Positions 34,701 to 49,700 of a stretch of DNA of 64,000 nucleotides are shown piece after piece; position 1 is the first letter of the stretch; each line of letters begins with the position of its first letter. Under the pieces are notes generated by a model. It ran no database searches. It was not told the origin of the DNA and saw nothing but the letters and a program-made list of their open reading frames with translations. The translations under genes and the position numbers were made by a program. The DNA is taken from contig CM102289.1 of NCBI GenBank assembly GCA_046563655.1, positions 3,410,001 through 3,474,000 of the forward strand, read 5' to 3'. This DNA comes from Yuukianura sp. NJ FZ-2021 (Eukaryota).

Positions 34701-37700
34701 GAGAGATTTACTTTCCAGACGGAATTTTGACATGAGGAATGAGCTTTTACAACTTTTCTTTTCTAAGGAAAAAAACAAGCTCCAAATTCTGGTGGGTTTT
34801 TACCAAAAGTGAAAGCCTTTGGAGTTACTCTGGCTGTGTTATTCCCTAGACACACAATTCTTGACGGTACAACTTTGTGTACTATACATAGTATATATTA
34901 TAGTTAAATGTACATGGAAAACTTTGAAGTCTCTGGTGATGATGATAACTTTTCCTGAGCCTCACAACTCATCCTGAAATGAACAAGTGACGAGATCGTT
35001 TAGAACATACCGTACTCTAGGCATTAACTTTTTGAGTAAAAGGCTTTTGCCATGCGTGCATGTGCAAAATGTCACAACTTTCTCCAATACCCTGCTTCTT
35101 TCCCGCCCTATTTTCAAATCCGCACCAACCGCGAGTACTGACACCTTATGTCACCATGGCCGCAGTTGGGACGACATCGATAACAAGAAAAAAACGAAAA
35201 ACCGAAAAGTTAGAAAAAAACTTTCCGAAAAGCTGCGCTGGAATGCTAAACACTTCCAGTTAGAAACATGATTCCTCAAATTCGTTGTTTGAAATCAAAT
35301 CTCAAAGCTTGGTCGAGCGTTTGTGTAGTGTTTTTCTTGATTGGTTTTTGCTTGAACACAGGATTCAGAAAATAATGAAGCAACAACATAAATACCACAG
35401 CGGCTTTTTCCACAGTGTGGCTTTGAAATTTTGAAAATCGAGTGGCAAAAAAATCGAAAAGCGGAGGAACAGTACAGCTTTGCTTTTTAGTTTGATGGAA
35501 TCCGCATGGATGTCGTGAGTCAAAATGATTGAAAATTCCAGTCTCTTGTTTTTTTTTTCATTGTTGAGAAATACACCGGGGTTTTGTAAAGAAAATGCTC
35601 TTTGTGTAACTTAATATGACAAGAGGAGACATAAGACTGAGCGAGTAAAGTCAAACGGCAGAAACTTCACATACTTGGTGGTGCTGGTTTTTGAAACTTT
35701 CAGAAAAAATACGGTTTTCTTCCATTTTGACTTTTTGAGTTGGACGGTTTCAAACACAGCTAACTTGAGGGTGATTTATTTAGCGGACGGACTGTCAAGG
35801 TTTTACAGCAGCCGGAGAAAGCAAGCTGCCGCTTTCTCCTTTTTCTTCAAAAAACTTCAAACTTACTGCGCATTTTTGAATTCTGAACCCAGATCAAGCG
35901 TCTTGAATCATCTAACATTCTCCACTTTCTTCTTTTAACAAATGATGCGCCAGTGGCTATCATCAGAGGAATACTAATCAGATCCGACATTTTGATCCTC
36001 ATTCAGCAACTGTTCGCATTGGCACAAAACTCACTTGTCATAAAACCAGAGGATTTATAATCAATGAAAAGTCTGCTAGACAAAAAAAAACTGAGTTCGA
36101 AATAACGCGTAGTAACTGTTTTACAGTTACATTGTGTTTTAAGCTTTGCTTTCTCTCGGAGAAAGCACGAAATCAGAATCCTTTCGTAGCATTTTTGTAG
36201 TTTCAACTTTTGGATTTGTCGTCCGCATAAAAAAATCTGGGCTAAAACCTCCGAGTCCAAATCCTTTTTGGTCTATAAACCAAATGTCAAAGCAGCTACT
36301 GCAGACGACGAGTCCAGAAACAGCTCTGGTAAAGCCAGCTCTAACTAGAAGTAGTTCAGAACTAACCGTGGCTCTCGCTTTTCAATCTGATTCAACATCT
36401 TTTTATTCCACTTGAAAGTCACCACTACCACCAAAGTCCAAATGGGAACCAGAAGAAAACGACATGAAACGAAACTCTGTCCAAAGACGGCTAGAAATAC
36501 GCTTGAGCCAGCGTATTTTCACTACGTCTATCTTGTACATTTTCAAATGCTCTCTCCTCTCCTGCGTGCTCCACTCAATTTGTCCTTAGCATTGCAAAGA
36601 GCCCACGCGGGATGAAATGGAATAATTTAAATTTTTCAAAAAGTAAACGACAAGCACAGTAAAGCAAAGGGAGGATTGTAGCTATATGGAAACCCTTCTG
36701 CATTTCAAGTGCAGAAGTTTTGAACAGGAACATAGGCGGAAGTTCTGTTTTCCGGGATATATGAAATCTCCCGCGGATGAACTATTGGGTGCACATTTGG
36801 ACTTTTGGAATTTGAAAAATTGACGATGTCCATGTACCCATTAGCAGAGAACGTGCGGTTTTGGCGGGAAATGATAAGAATGGAAATTAAGAAAAGCCAT
36901 AAGTCAAGGGTCATGGCTTTTAGTGGTGTTGGTTCTCAAAAGTATTTCTGAGAACTTTTTCATTTGATGCTTATCAGACATGAGACGCGGCAGAAATGCT
37001 TCTAGAAGTGGGCGGATTCACACTTTGGGGGAATATACTTTTATCGGCCATCTTTCAATGCTTTTTTGGTTAGTTTTTTCGATGATTTCCTACACTTACT
37101 GACTTTCTCGAGGCATTTTAGGTTAGGTAACCTCTGTGATAGTGATAGGTTAAAACTTAAAAAAAGTAGATAGTTGGCCATTGTCTTGTGCTATGTGTCT
37201 CATGACAAGAACAGTTCAAAAGATCCCAAGGCACCCAAAGTTAAGTCCAATATGTGGAGAAAGTGTCAAACCTTGTGGAAAATCGAGAGAGAAAAGTTGT
37301 CGATGTGGCTGATTCTGCGGTAAACCCTCTCGCCAGTCTCTCTGCGGCAATAATGGAACGTCAAATTGGATTTTGTTACTTTTTTCTGCTTTTCTTGAAG
37401 ATCCTTTCAAATGTCATTGCACAACTTAATTTCATTTCTTAGTTTAAAAGTTGTTCAATTTCAGAGAATTAAGTTCCCGTTTCTCAACTTTTCTTTCTTC
37501 CTTGGTTAAGCTCAAGGCAAATGTGGAAAACCAAGGCGACAGTTTTCGTTTTATCCTTACCAGAAACGACGTCCTGGGAGACAAAGAATAAAACCTATTA
37601 CAATTCCCGTCATTTGTTAAACGACACTTGAAATCGGAGGAAGAGGGTTCTTGGTTTGGACAATTGATTAGATTCTATTAAAAGGAAGCAAGAAGGAGAA

Positions 37701-40700
37701 AAGTGGAAAGGAAAAAAGTTTGATGTGCGGAGGAAGACAAAAACTTTTTGTAATTTTGTTTTTTGGACAAATTTCCCTCGTTTGTCTTTTAATGGTTCCA
37801 ATTTGTAACTTTTACTGCGCTGTTGTGCCTTGAATTGAAGAGGAAAAACCTTTAAACAGAACTTAACTTTGAAATGGTACGGATGAAAATATGAAGTTTT
37901 AGAATCAATGTCTTTTGGGTTTAAATATAATCACCAACACTTTATACTTCAACTTACAAACAGAAATGCTCTCCGAAGCAAAAACTATGTTCACACTATT
38001 GGAAATATGTATGTATATGAGATAGCTTTTGAGTTAAATATAAAGTCTATTTCAAACAAACTTTTATTGGTTTTTGTAATCTCGAGTGAATTTGATTTAT
38101 TTTTGGTTTAAAAGGGTTTCAAACAATACCATCCATCAATTTTTAGGTTTTGTTTAAAAAAAATTTTTTTGCAAAGTTTTTTTTAACCACAAACACTTAA
38201 TTTTTTTTGGCTTTCCAATTTTCTTATTTGTCAAAAGTTGAAATGAAGATTTGTGTTTTGAAGTATTTTTGAAAATGAAAAGTTTAAGAGGTCGTTGGCA
38301 AGTTTTTACACGTTTTCTTGATGTGACAATTATCTCACCCTTCCGGAAGGATTTCAGTATGACATATTTCTGGTTAGGTGACCATGGACTAAAAGTGACC
38401 TCGGAGAGATAGGTTTCTGCCACTCGTCTGATTTATACTCATCCACGAAGCCCATCTGATGCCCGGATCGTAAATTTCTCCTAATATCATTACATAACAG
38501 AACCCACAGTTACGACGGCAGTGCTAAGCCGAATATAGGCCCGCACAGCAGCTTTCTCTTTTTCAAGCGCCAAAACGAGCCTCAAACTTGGAAAAGACGC
38601 GCCTTTTTCCTTTACTAAAGCTCCGGGAAAGGAACATTATCTGCCAAAACTTTCCTTTCCTATCACTTCCGCTTGGAATATGGACGTTTTTGCCAAATTC
38701 CAAGAAATCCAGCAGGTCACGTATTTCAAACACTTCCCTATAAAATGACCCACAGAATACTTTTGAGGCATTATATTAATTTTTATTGCTAAAAATTTAA
38801 TTTTGAATGTCAGCTCAGCATTTTTTTCTCAAGTTTCCGCTTATGAGGCTTAACAGTCGTAGCGAACCTTTCAAAACAAAATTTTAACTTAAAAAATTGT
38901 TTAGGTTCAGTTTTACTAAAATATGCGTCGCTGTTGCTCAGTTTTGTGGATTAAGCTGCACTTAATAACTGAAATACTTAAATTGAAATTGGTTAGGTTA
39001 GGCTTATAGACTGTGTTTTAATTTCAACTCTCCGTAGTTTTGTAAAACATCATTTAGTAGAATTAATGAAGTTTTAAAAGTATGGAAACCAATTTTAGAC
39101 TCCAAAAGTGAAATGTGGGCGGGTGCTGCTCAGAATGTAAAAGTAGAATCCCATTATTAGGAGTTTAGACAAAGGGCAAAATGCAGACAATGGCTAGAAT
39201 GGAAAGAATTGGCTGTAATATCATAAAATATGAACTGAATTGCTTTGGAAGAATTCTCAACCTATTTTATTATAACTTATTCGTCACTAACCTCCCAGCT
39301 TAAATTTATTTTCACTTGAACTCATAGCGGGGTCATGTCTTAACAAGGCTCTACTTTTAAATTATCCAACTATGACCCCATTTAACTAGGCCCCAGCTAA
39401 ATAATTCCAGGCTTTGAAATGGGAATTTCTCGTCTGCAATAGAAAAAAACGTTTTTCAAAATTTTGAAGCTCGTTGAGAAAAAGTTATGAACATATGAAA
39501 TGAATTTTTAGGTGAGCCTTAACTGAGAGTTTGTTGAGAAATGTTAAGCTTTAAAAACTTTAGTATTTTTGCTAAACTGTCTAGTTGTGTAGATGACAGA
39601 AGTGTGCAGAATAATCCGTAGATTGCAGGAGGCTGGTTTTGATTGCTGAATGGAACTAATGGGCAAAGTTGTTTGGAATTCTCGAAGGGAAATTAGACGC
39701 TATACTCATCCTGTTTTGGTAAATTCTAGCTTTCAAAGTCAGAAAAACAATATGGCGTCCTTCCTGCCAGCTTTTGATTAGGTTAGTTTAGTTTTGTTAG
39801 GTTAGTCTACAACAGAACAGACTGAAAAAACTATACTCCGGCTTTTGAAAATTAAAACACTCGATTCAAAAAGTTGTGCTAAAACTTTCCGAAATTGAAC
39901 ATTGTTTTATTGATTTGAATCTGACTAATCCCAACCAAACCCAATTTTCGCAGAAAACGCAAAATTTCAAACCTTTCGCAATTTGAAAAGTCAAACCAGC
40001 TTTTAAAACTCCTAAAACTTTAAACCTGACATAACCGTCAGACCAAATCCTGGTTGTCGTGATGACGGCACTAGAAATGTTAGTGTAACCCGCGAAGCAT
40101 AAACTTTTAACGATTTGAAGCTACGGGGTCATCACACGCTACTCTTACTCGCTTTGGCAAGAAAGAAGAGCAATTTGGTCAAACCGATACATCAATTCCA
40201 GCCACTTAACAGCCCATTTGGAGCGTCCCGCTGAAATGGAAAAAAGGGCGAATCTGCCGGGACATAAAACAGGACAATACCTAACTCCAACCTTAAACTA
40301 TGCCTGTAGGGCATGTAAAGACGCTAGGACATGGACGCTTAACGTTGGAATACTATTTAGAAGATTTTGAAATTCAATGGGTTGGTACTAAATAGCATAC
40401 GAATTGGTTAGAGTAGGAAATTACTTTTTAGAATGAGGAGTTGAGATGGCCCGGAGTCGTTGATATTCCCATTTAGATCCTCTTCAACATCAATTTTCAT
40501 TTTTAAACAAAATGTGTTTTGGGTTCTCCTGTGCTGCCCTGGTTGTAAATCCCGGGATTTGGGAGGGGGAGCTTATCCTGAACTAAATCATATTAGGACA
40601 ATGAATTGGAGGGTGGAGGTCTACTCACAAGGTTCCTACACAGCATTGGGTTGCTCAAGCCATCCTCTGCATACATAACGAAGATCATATATTTTGGCAA

Positions 40701-43700
40701 CTTCCAGGTTTATTACTTACGCTGGAGCATGAGTTATTATTATGGGAGGCCAACGGCGCTTTTCCTTCACCGGGAGAAAGTGCGCGGGAAAAGGATGAGG
40801 ATTTTGTAAATAGGAGAGGAACGAGAGGGAATCAGTTAGGTTCAAAAGCTGGAGGGAAAGTAACTAGGTTTTTGCCTGGAAAAGGCCACAACAACAACTT
40901 ATAGAAGGAGCATCAGAGGTGAAGAAAGTCTTGCGGTTTTGGTTCTTCTCAATATTAATTTCCGGCTCCAGCAACGTACAACCTAATGATGTGCCTTTTG
41001 TGGTTAGGCCTTTTGCAGATTCTGTGCAGAAAACATCTTTTGGACTTGCTGTAGATTAGGCTTCTTCCGAGAAAATCCAAATGAAGTTTTGGTAAAGGTG
41101 ACTCCACTAGATACCTTAAATCCATTTTTTCAGGAAATTAGGTTATTTGCAAAAACCGCATGGTGCAAAATTTCACAAGATGTTCTTAACACGAGAGAAA
41201 TTTCTGGGTGAGAAAGTTATTGAGATATCAAGGTATCAAAGGAGCATTACTTTTTTAAACTTCCCGCCATCAAACTAATGGCTTCTTTTTATCAGGCATA
41301 AAAGTCTAAACACATCACATGCCTCTCCATGTTAACTCCATTTTAACCTTAAATTGAATTATGTACTTTAAATCGAGTCAAAGGGCACGGAGAAAAAAAT
41401 TTCCCGTGCGATAGCAAAACTGAAATTTATTTTTCATAATTTAAACTTCAGGAAGCATTCTCATTTTGAATTTTGACAAGTTAGGTACGTAGCAGGTAAT
41501 AAGGTCGAAATAATTTGGTCGCAAGTAATAAGGTCGGAGGTAATAAGGTCGCAAGTAATAAGGTCGCTAAGGTTAGGTAGATCAACTTGCAGAGTCCAGT
41601 TAATCCTGAAATAACTCGAGCGAGAGATTAAAGTTAGAATTCAAAAGTAACAATATTAAAATCAAGCACATTCCAAATTTTGAAATAATTTTTCAACATT
41701 TTACCAAAATTAATCAAAAGTCTGAAACTGGGGAAAAGATTTTTGGGGAAATGAATTTTGTTGTTTACTTTAAAATTCCGCTTGGTTGATTTTTCACACA
41801 TTCCGCTCAAAAACTTTTAAATTTCTTCGCGCGGGGTTGCTTTCACTGATTATCTAATTTAAAAGACAACGAGACGTTAGATTTGAAAACTTAATTACAG
41901 AAAGCAAAATTAAAGCTTTGTTTCCAACCTGGGTTCCCGCCACCACCGAGAATGTGTCTCAATTAAGGCTCAAAGGAAAAGTGTCGTCAGGAGCTTAATG
42001 TTCAAGAGTTGGACTTAATTGAGGATTATTTACCTTTCCCCCAACTTTAATTCTGCTTGCTAAAAAAGAAAACAAAAAAGCCCGCCTTTTATTACGCCCG
42101 ACTTAATGTTCTGTTTTAGAGCCCAAGTTTCTGCAATGACTATTCCCATTAGAGCCTTATTTTTCCTGTACAGTGCTGACTGGATACATGGAGCTCTGGG
42201 ATTCAAAAGTAGCTTGACTCAGGCGGAAACAAGGAGCGTCTCTGGAGGAATACTGAAAGCACATTGATGAAGAAGAGCATTCTGTAGGAAGGATCTCATC
42301 AGCGTTATCCCCTTGGCCCATTATGAATCCCTTCCCAGTCTCATCTCCCTACTTCAAACTGTTTGTTTTGTCACAAACCAAGCATAACCTAGCCTAAATC
42401 TAGCTGAAGATTTGCCAGGAACGTAGTTTTCTAGTCTCCTTCCGCAGAATTTCGTGGAATTTCAAGAATTTTTTTTCTTTTAAAAAGACTGAAACGACGT
42501 GAAGCATAAGTTCGTTCTCCCATTTACAAAAAAGAAGTTGTTTCTTGGGGATCCATTATGCCTCGTCATTTTTTTTTGAAAACGAGCGTTGTTGTGGTTC
42601 TTCGAAAGAAGAATTTACATAAGACTGTATCGAAGTAAGAAAATGGCGTCTACTCAACCCAATTTTCAACTCATCCGTTATACTTCCGAATATTCTAAGA
42701 TTCTCCGTGAAACGTAAAACCTAACCAACACAACCTAAAATTACAAAGGCACAGTGTTTTTGCAAATTCATAGAAGGAGGTTGTCTAGAAGATTCTCTCG
42801 ACATAGAAAGTCAGGCGACAAAAGTCTTCTTCGGCGGGACATTTACTTGAGCCCCTGCTGCTAAATGCATGAAAGGTTGGGAAGGTGGAGAAAGTAGTGA
42901 AAGTGGAATATAATCCCAGTGCTCCTTCTCTTCCATGCTTTATTCAGGTTACCCGGGTATTTCAAGGTACCGGGGTCGCTTCAATTTATATTTAGCGAAA
43001 AACCAGCAGCAAAAGCTCCTTTCAACACCAAGACCAAAGAAACTCATCTCCCAAAGTACTATAAAGTCACACTAATAAGAAACCCAAGTTTTAGCACACA
43101 ACCACCCCAAAGTCATCATCTTCTTGTGGGGGAAGAGAACAAGGCTCATTCAAAATTTCTGAGGCACAAGAAAAGTTAGCCAGTAAAAAAGAACTTTGGG
43201 TGATAAAATTTGAAAAACTATGGTTGATTTCGACTTTAATTAAGTTTGAATTTAGATTCGTTTTTAAAATTGTTGAGTTGAAGATAGTGAAAGTAGATCT
43301 TGAGCACGCTGACTTTTGTAATACTTTTACTTTTATATTTATACGTTCCAGACACCTTAACTAGAAATTAATCGAGGTAGAGTATGGTTCCAGATTTAGA
43401 GTTTGCTTTCCCATAAGTGTACTTGGTGACAGTTCCAGATGGTTCAGAGGTATTAAGTTCCAAATAACTGAAGTTTCCCGCCGGAGAAAGCAAGGGAGAA
43501 ACCTATGCATGTCAGCTCTTATCCCGCGTTAGACTTGATTTGCATTCAAATCCCATCATCATCACCAGGTTCCCTTCTGTCCTTCTCTTTACTAGCTTAT
43601 TAGGTTAGGTTGCTAGCCTAACCTAACCAAAGTTCAGAGTCCAAATGAATAAACCTGATTTCCTGAAAATCAGAGTCCTATACATAAAAAAGGAAAGTGA

Positions 43701-46700
43701 AAGTTAGATTGTATCTATGTAAACCTTACCAAACCTCGGTAGAGCCTAACTTGTGACAACTGAATACCGTATGTTCGGCTGCCAACTTTAAAAACTTTTT
43801 TTCCCTCCTTTCCCTCCCACCCCCAATTCCGAGATTTGCCAAGCGGCAGCTACGCTCCGCAAGACTACTGGCACTTTTCGAGCTCTGTCGCCAAATTCGA
43901 CTTTTCTAACCTAACCTAAAGTAAATTCACTTCACACCAATGTAATAATTAACCCAACATAATTAATTAACGTTTAAATTAACCTAACCTAGTTAATTAG
44001 CGTAATACCCTATCCTAAAATAAATTTAATTCTAAATTATTATGAATTGACCTAAAATTAGAACAAACTAACCTTTTTTGAACTAGTTTTGAACTTTTTT
44101 CAAAATTTTGAACTTTTCCCAAAATTTTGAACTTTTTTCAAAATTTTGAACTTTTCCCAAAATTTTGAACTTTTTTCAAAATTTTGAACTTTTCCCAAAA
44201 TTTTGAACTTTTTTCAAAATTTTGAACTTTTTTCAAAATTTTGAACTTTTCCCAAAATTTTGAACTTTTTCGGTTTTAAACTTTTTTTTTTCAAAATTTT
44301 GAAAAAAGTTCAAAATTTTGGGAAAAGTTCAAAATTTTGGGAAAAGTTCAAAATTTTGAAAAAAGTTCAAAATTTTGGGAAAAGTTCAAAATTTTGAAAA
44401 AAGTTCAAAACTAGTTCAAAAAAGGTTAGTTTGTTCTAATTTTAGGTCAATTCATAATAATTTAGAATTAAATTTATTTTAGGATAGGGTATTACGCTAA
44501 TTAACTAGGTTAGGTTAATTTAAACGTTAATTAATTATGTTGGGTTAATTATTACATTGGTGTGAAGTGAATTTACTTTAGGTTATTTGAGAAAAGTCGA
44601 ATTTGGCGACAGAGCTCGAAAAGTGCCAGTAGTCTTGCGGAGCGTAGCTGCCGCTTGGCAAATCTCGGAATTGGGGGTGGGAGGGGAAGGAGGGAAAAAA
44701 AGTTTTTAAAGTTGGCAGCCGAACATACGGTAGCAGGGAATGTCATTGAAGTGAGTTTCAGTATTGATAAACTCCTTCAAGATCCCGCCTGTTCCACGTT
44801 GAGTGAAAGTCATTTGAAGGAATGATTTATGAAGTTCAGCTTGCCTCGTGGAGAAATCAGTGAAAGTGATGGAGTCCTTTGGCCCAATTTCCAAAAAGTT
44901 TTATGCAGGTCCATGCTCATGCTCTGTATTTTGTGTCTCTCCTTTGAATTCCAGGTCGCTGTTCTGAGGATGAGGAGAAACTAGTTCGTGATCTATTTCG
45001 TGGTTACAATAAATTGATACGACCCGTTCAGAACATGACGGAGAAAGTCCATGTCAAGTTTGGACTCGCCTTTGTACAGCTCATCAACGTGGTAAGGCCT
45101 TGCGTGCTGGAATTTTTAATTTGGAAACTTATTTGGTGTAATTGGTTCCGTGTCAGTCCGCATCTTCACAGTCGTTTAACAAAACACGCACCCTATAAAC
45201 CACACAAAACAATTAAACTTAAATTAACCCACGATTAAATAAACAATTAAACCAAATTTCAAAGGGTTTTGCTTTGTACTTTGTTTAACTCCTCCAATTT
45301 TCTAGATGAGAAAATTCTCCTGCAGTTTTACTCACTCGCATACTTGAATTTCGTGAAACAGCGAGCAATATTTGCAGTAAAAAATGTAATTACCTAAAAT
45401 TTTTTTTTAAATTTTCGTGTAATAATTTTTCAAAATGCATTGTACTTCTGACCCAACACAGGATTTCGTAGAATATCACCAAAAAAATGAAAAAGCGTTA
45501 AAAAAAATCCCGCCAGCAAGATATGTGACAAAATTTCAAACTTTCCAATAAAACATTAATATCGAAAACCTTTTGGCGTAGAGCGGGACGTGGTTTGTGA
45601 TGATGAGAACTTCAACGGTGCAGGGTTAGCTCATGATGTTGTGGTACGAGAACGAATTCTTTTGAAATTCCCGTATTCCCCAACATCCTTTGCAAAGAAT
45701 AGATCCGAATGAAAGTCATTTATTTCTATTTTTGGACAAACATATACTAAGCTCCGGTCCAAAATCGAATTTCACCACAAAAGAGTGCCCCAAAGTCCAA
45801 AGTCGATGTGGTTTCTGCAAAGTTTTGTAAACTTTCGGAACTTGATGAACTTTCGAAATCCATAGTATTGAATGTATCGCTCAATTGAGTCAAATTAGAA
45901 TTAAAAAAATAACTTATTTACTTGAAAAATTAATAAAACTAGGCAACAGTCCATTAACTCTTTTAAAATAATATTTCTGTTTCCCAAATATTTTGGACAA
46001 TAAATTAATATAAATTGGTTCACATTTTGATAAATTTTTTAGAAAAAAAAAGAGTTCATTCGCAAGCCAATTGCTGTGTTTGTTCATTTCAGAATGAGAA
46101 GAATCAAATTATGAAGTCCAATGTTTGGCTCCGTTTGGTAAGTTTCTTTTGTTCAACGTTTAGCTTTGAATCCAAAAACTACCTTAAGGTAGTTGTATCT
46201 CCGTCTGTCGTAACTCTGTCACTCAGTCCGTCACTGTGGTTAGTTACCATAAACCTGTCAACTGTGAAGTACGCAACGACTTAGCCGGATTTTCCCGCTT
46301 TCCTAAATTTCCCGCACAGTCTAGAAAGCATGACTTCTACGACGCTCTGTCTCATAAAGTAATTTCAACTTGACTATAAATTAGAACCGGGAGTCTTGAG
46401 GCGATTAGGTGAACTCCTCTGTGACCTTCCATCTTGGCACCAATGTTATGCTAGGTATAATGCTAGGACGAAGGGCGTTGGAGTGGGTCTAAGTAGCTAC
46501 ATCAGTGTCTTCCATGACTGACACTTCCGTCACCCGTACTGCCATTCGAACCGACTGTTTTCGTGCTGGCATGAGACACCTTCAGATCAGACACCAACTT
46601 TTGTCCAATTTGTATCACGTCAAGCGAAAAGCGGGAACTGTGTCCACTCCGGAACTGACACGAGAGGCAGGAAAAGACATCGTTCCAGTTCAAAATGGAC

Positions 46701-49700
46701 GGAACCGGGACAAATCTGAGAGAGAAAGTCAAAGGCTCGTGTCAAAAAAATTATAGATACAGAAAAGCAATATGAAACTTCAGCGTTTTTCCGCTTCCAT
46801 CACAACTGCGTTGAACTGAAAACAAAAATGGACGACTCTCCTGATTCCTCACGATTCAGCAGCAGTAGATGCTGCTGGATTCTGAGCAACTACCATCATC
46901 TTCCTTGCTAGAGCTCTAGACTCCATTTCTGACACTTTTAGCACCCCCACCGAACCATTGGAGAAATATTCGGGGAATCGTAACTCAGGATTTGCTCATA
47001 CTATAGCCTTCATCTTTAGTCTTCCTTATATCCATCTATGCAATCAGATAAAAAAATGGGAAGTGGAAGAGTAGTACTTTAACAATAGTTTAGCAACATT
47101 CCTTTTTCATCACACGGAATGTTCTCACATTTTTCATAAGACCTACAATAAAAGAAGGAGCACACAAAACGAAATACTCGACTTTGTCATCCCTTCCCAT
47201 TGCAAACAGGGAAAAATTGGGAAACTTTTCTCCAGAGTGAAAGTAAAAAGTGAAAAAGAATTTTGGAAAAAAGAAAAGATGTATTACGCTGTGAATATTT
47301 TACAAATCACTCTGCCTCGATTTTTTACAACTATGAAAAATGACCAGCTCTGAGACCGCAATCCGTAGTGTCCACAGTGTACAATTATTAAAATTTTAGT
47401 AAATACATAGGAAAGCTAAGTCCTTGAAAAATGAATAGAAACAACACAATTGTCAGAATTCTCTTGTCCTATAATTTGTCTTTCAAAATTTTGTTATTGA
47501 TTCCCTAAATTTCTGATTTCAAAAATTTAGTAAAACTCACGCCATTGTTTATTACTCTACTCTGACAGTTTTAAAATTGTGGAAGTACATGGTCGTATCT
47601 CTAATGATTTTGAAAGTTTTGTGAGCGAGTAACCACAAAACTGCGGTAAAGCACGAAACTTTTTAAAGTTGTAGTAGTAAAACAGTGTAATTTTCATTTG
47701 AATTTAAAAGTGTTAAATTTAAACCACTTTCTGCGTGCTGTCCAATAATATGCTTAATTTAAACTTGTTTTACTGTTCCTTTGCCTAACTTCTATTTGAA
47801 AAATAGTGAAGGTGGGAAAGGCCTAGACACAGTTCTAAGCTCTCGCCTTTGTTAAGCGGGCAAGTCTAAACTCGTTTTGAATTTTGAACTGTTCCAACTT
47901 TGCCCATTTCCTAAAAAGTACGGGAGGGAAGACTGAAACGGAAAATGGCGGGAAACGCTGTAGAGTCTTTCCATGAGGCTCCTCATTTTCTATTCCATTT
48001 TCTTAACTTAAAACGAATTAGAGAGTCGCATCGCTTCTATGCAAAATGAAGCGAAAAAAAGAGCTCGGTGCTCCTGCCTCGCACTTTGGCCTCGCTCCTT
48101 TTTTCCTTTTACCTAATAATTGTTTCCACTCAAAGGAACGTAATTTAAACTGAAAAATTGAATTCCGTTTTTTCTGAGTCCCGTTCATTCCAAACGGCAC
48201 TTTGTTTTAAAACAATCTTCTGCCTCATCAAACCAAAGGACTTCAGACTCATTTCATTAATTTTTTTTATAGAATGTGAACGCGTACAACCTGAACAGAT
48301 TTTTTTACGGCCTCAATGCATTGCAATTCATAGCGAAAAAAAATTTTAGTTTTGTTTCAAAGTTAACAAAAAAGGGAACAAGGAATTGACTAAGGATTTG
48401 GTTTTAGACAAAACTAGTTTAAAAACTGTGGCTTCGAATTATTTCAAAGGTGCAACTTTTCACAAAGGAAAAAGTTATTCAATAATTTCGAACTTTATAA
48501 CAGTTCTACTGAAACTTTTTGTAAAATGATTAGTATTTCGGTGAAACTTTTTGAAACAAAGTGTTGGTTTCAAACTACTATGAACTGAGATAGCTGTAGG
48601 ACGTCACGGAAGTGGCGTACACTTTTGAGTACTAAAAAATGTATTTCCTTTGACTTGTTTTTGTTTTTGCTCCTGAAACATTTATGATTTTTAGTCTAAC
48701 GTCTCTCCATTTTCTCTTTGAGCAAAGGACATGAAGTATGGAAGTCATTTTGGAACTGTGTGTTATACGAAATAGCGTAAAAATAAATTGTTTCGTGAAG
48801 TTTATTTGTTAAGGGAGAGCAGAAGTAGAAGGAGTAAGTAAGAGCAGAGGAGAAAGAGTCAATAAGGAAGGAGTGAAAGAACCCGTAAAAGGGAACGGAC
48901 TTTCTTTTTTAGGTTTCTCAGGGAAAGTCATGACGCTAGCAGAGTGTAGTGCCGTAGTGGTGCCAAGTCCTGAGCCATTTCCTTCTACTTCGGTCGTAAG
49001 TGACCTCTGGAGCTCCTTCCTTTTCCCATTCTCTTATTTCGTGTAACAACCATTAAGGGCTTCAATGACCTCTTCGTTCCAATATCCGACATTCGACGTA
49101 CTGTCTCACACGCAAACTTTTCTCTTGTAAACTTACCTAACATAATCTACCTGTCCACCTTAACCTAAACCCATTTGAAAGAAATTAGTCGAAGGAGGAC
49201 GCTAATTTAAGGATATGTTCATGTCTTGTTCAATTCCATTACTTCCTAATTGAGTTCATCTCCCTACGGTTACACCTTAACAATAATGTTAACCTAACGT
49301 AAACTACTGATCAATTCTTGTTAGCTGGACTAAAACACAATTGTCTAACCAAGTCATTGGCGTTCTGTTCAAATGTGTTCCACTCCTAGACCCAAGCTTC
49401 CTTGACAACGAAAAGTTGATCTTCTTTAACAGGTTGAGTACTACTTCGCTGGTTGACAAAAAACGAGAAATCACAAAAAGTTAGTACCAATCCGAAAAAC
49501 TGGTACCAGTTCGTATGCAAAACTTAAAAGATTCGGCTGTATTGTTATGACTACAATGCTCCAACATGGAAATACTTTTAAAATCGGAAAAACATGTAGT
49601 ATTACCCAACCTTTTAAACAAAATCAAATTTAAAAAACCTTGGATAGACCTACCCCATTCGCTTTTAGAGCACTCAGCAGTAGTCCAACGGTGTAATGTG

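Noticed and set aside
44088..44410. CRISPR-like array
   Set aside because: Contiguous 19-bp tandem units without unique spacers, inside a foldback element in eukaryotic DNA; the same applies to the 15-bp repeat at 41496.
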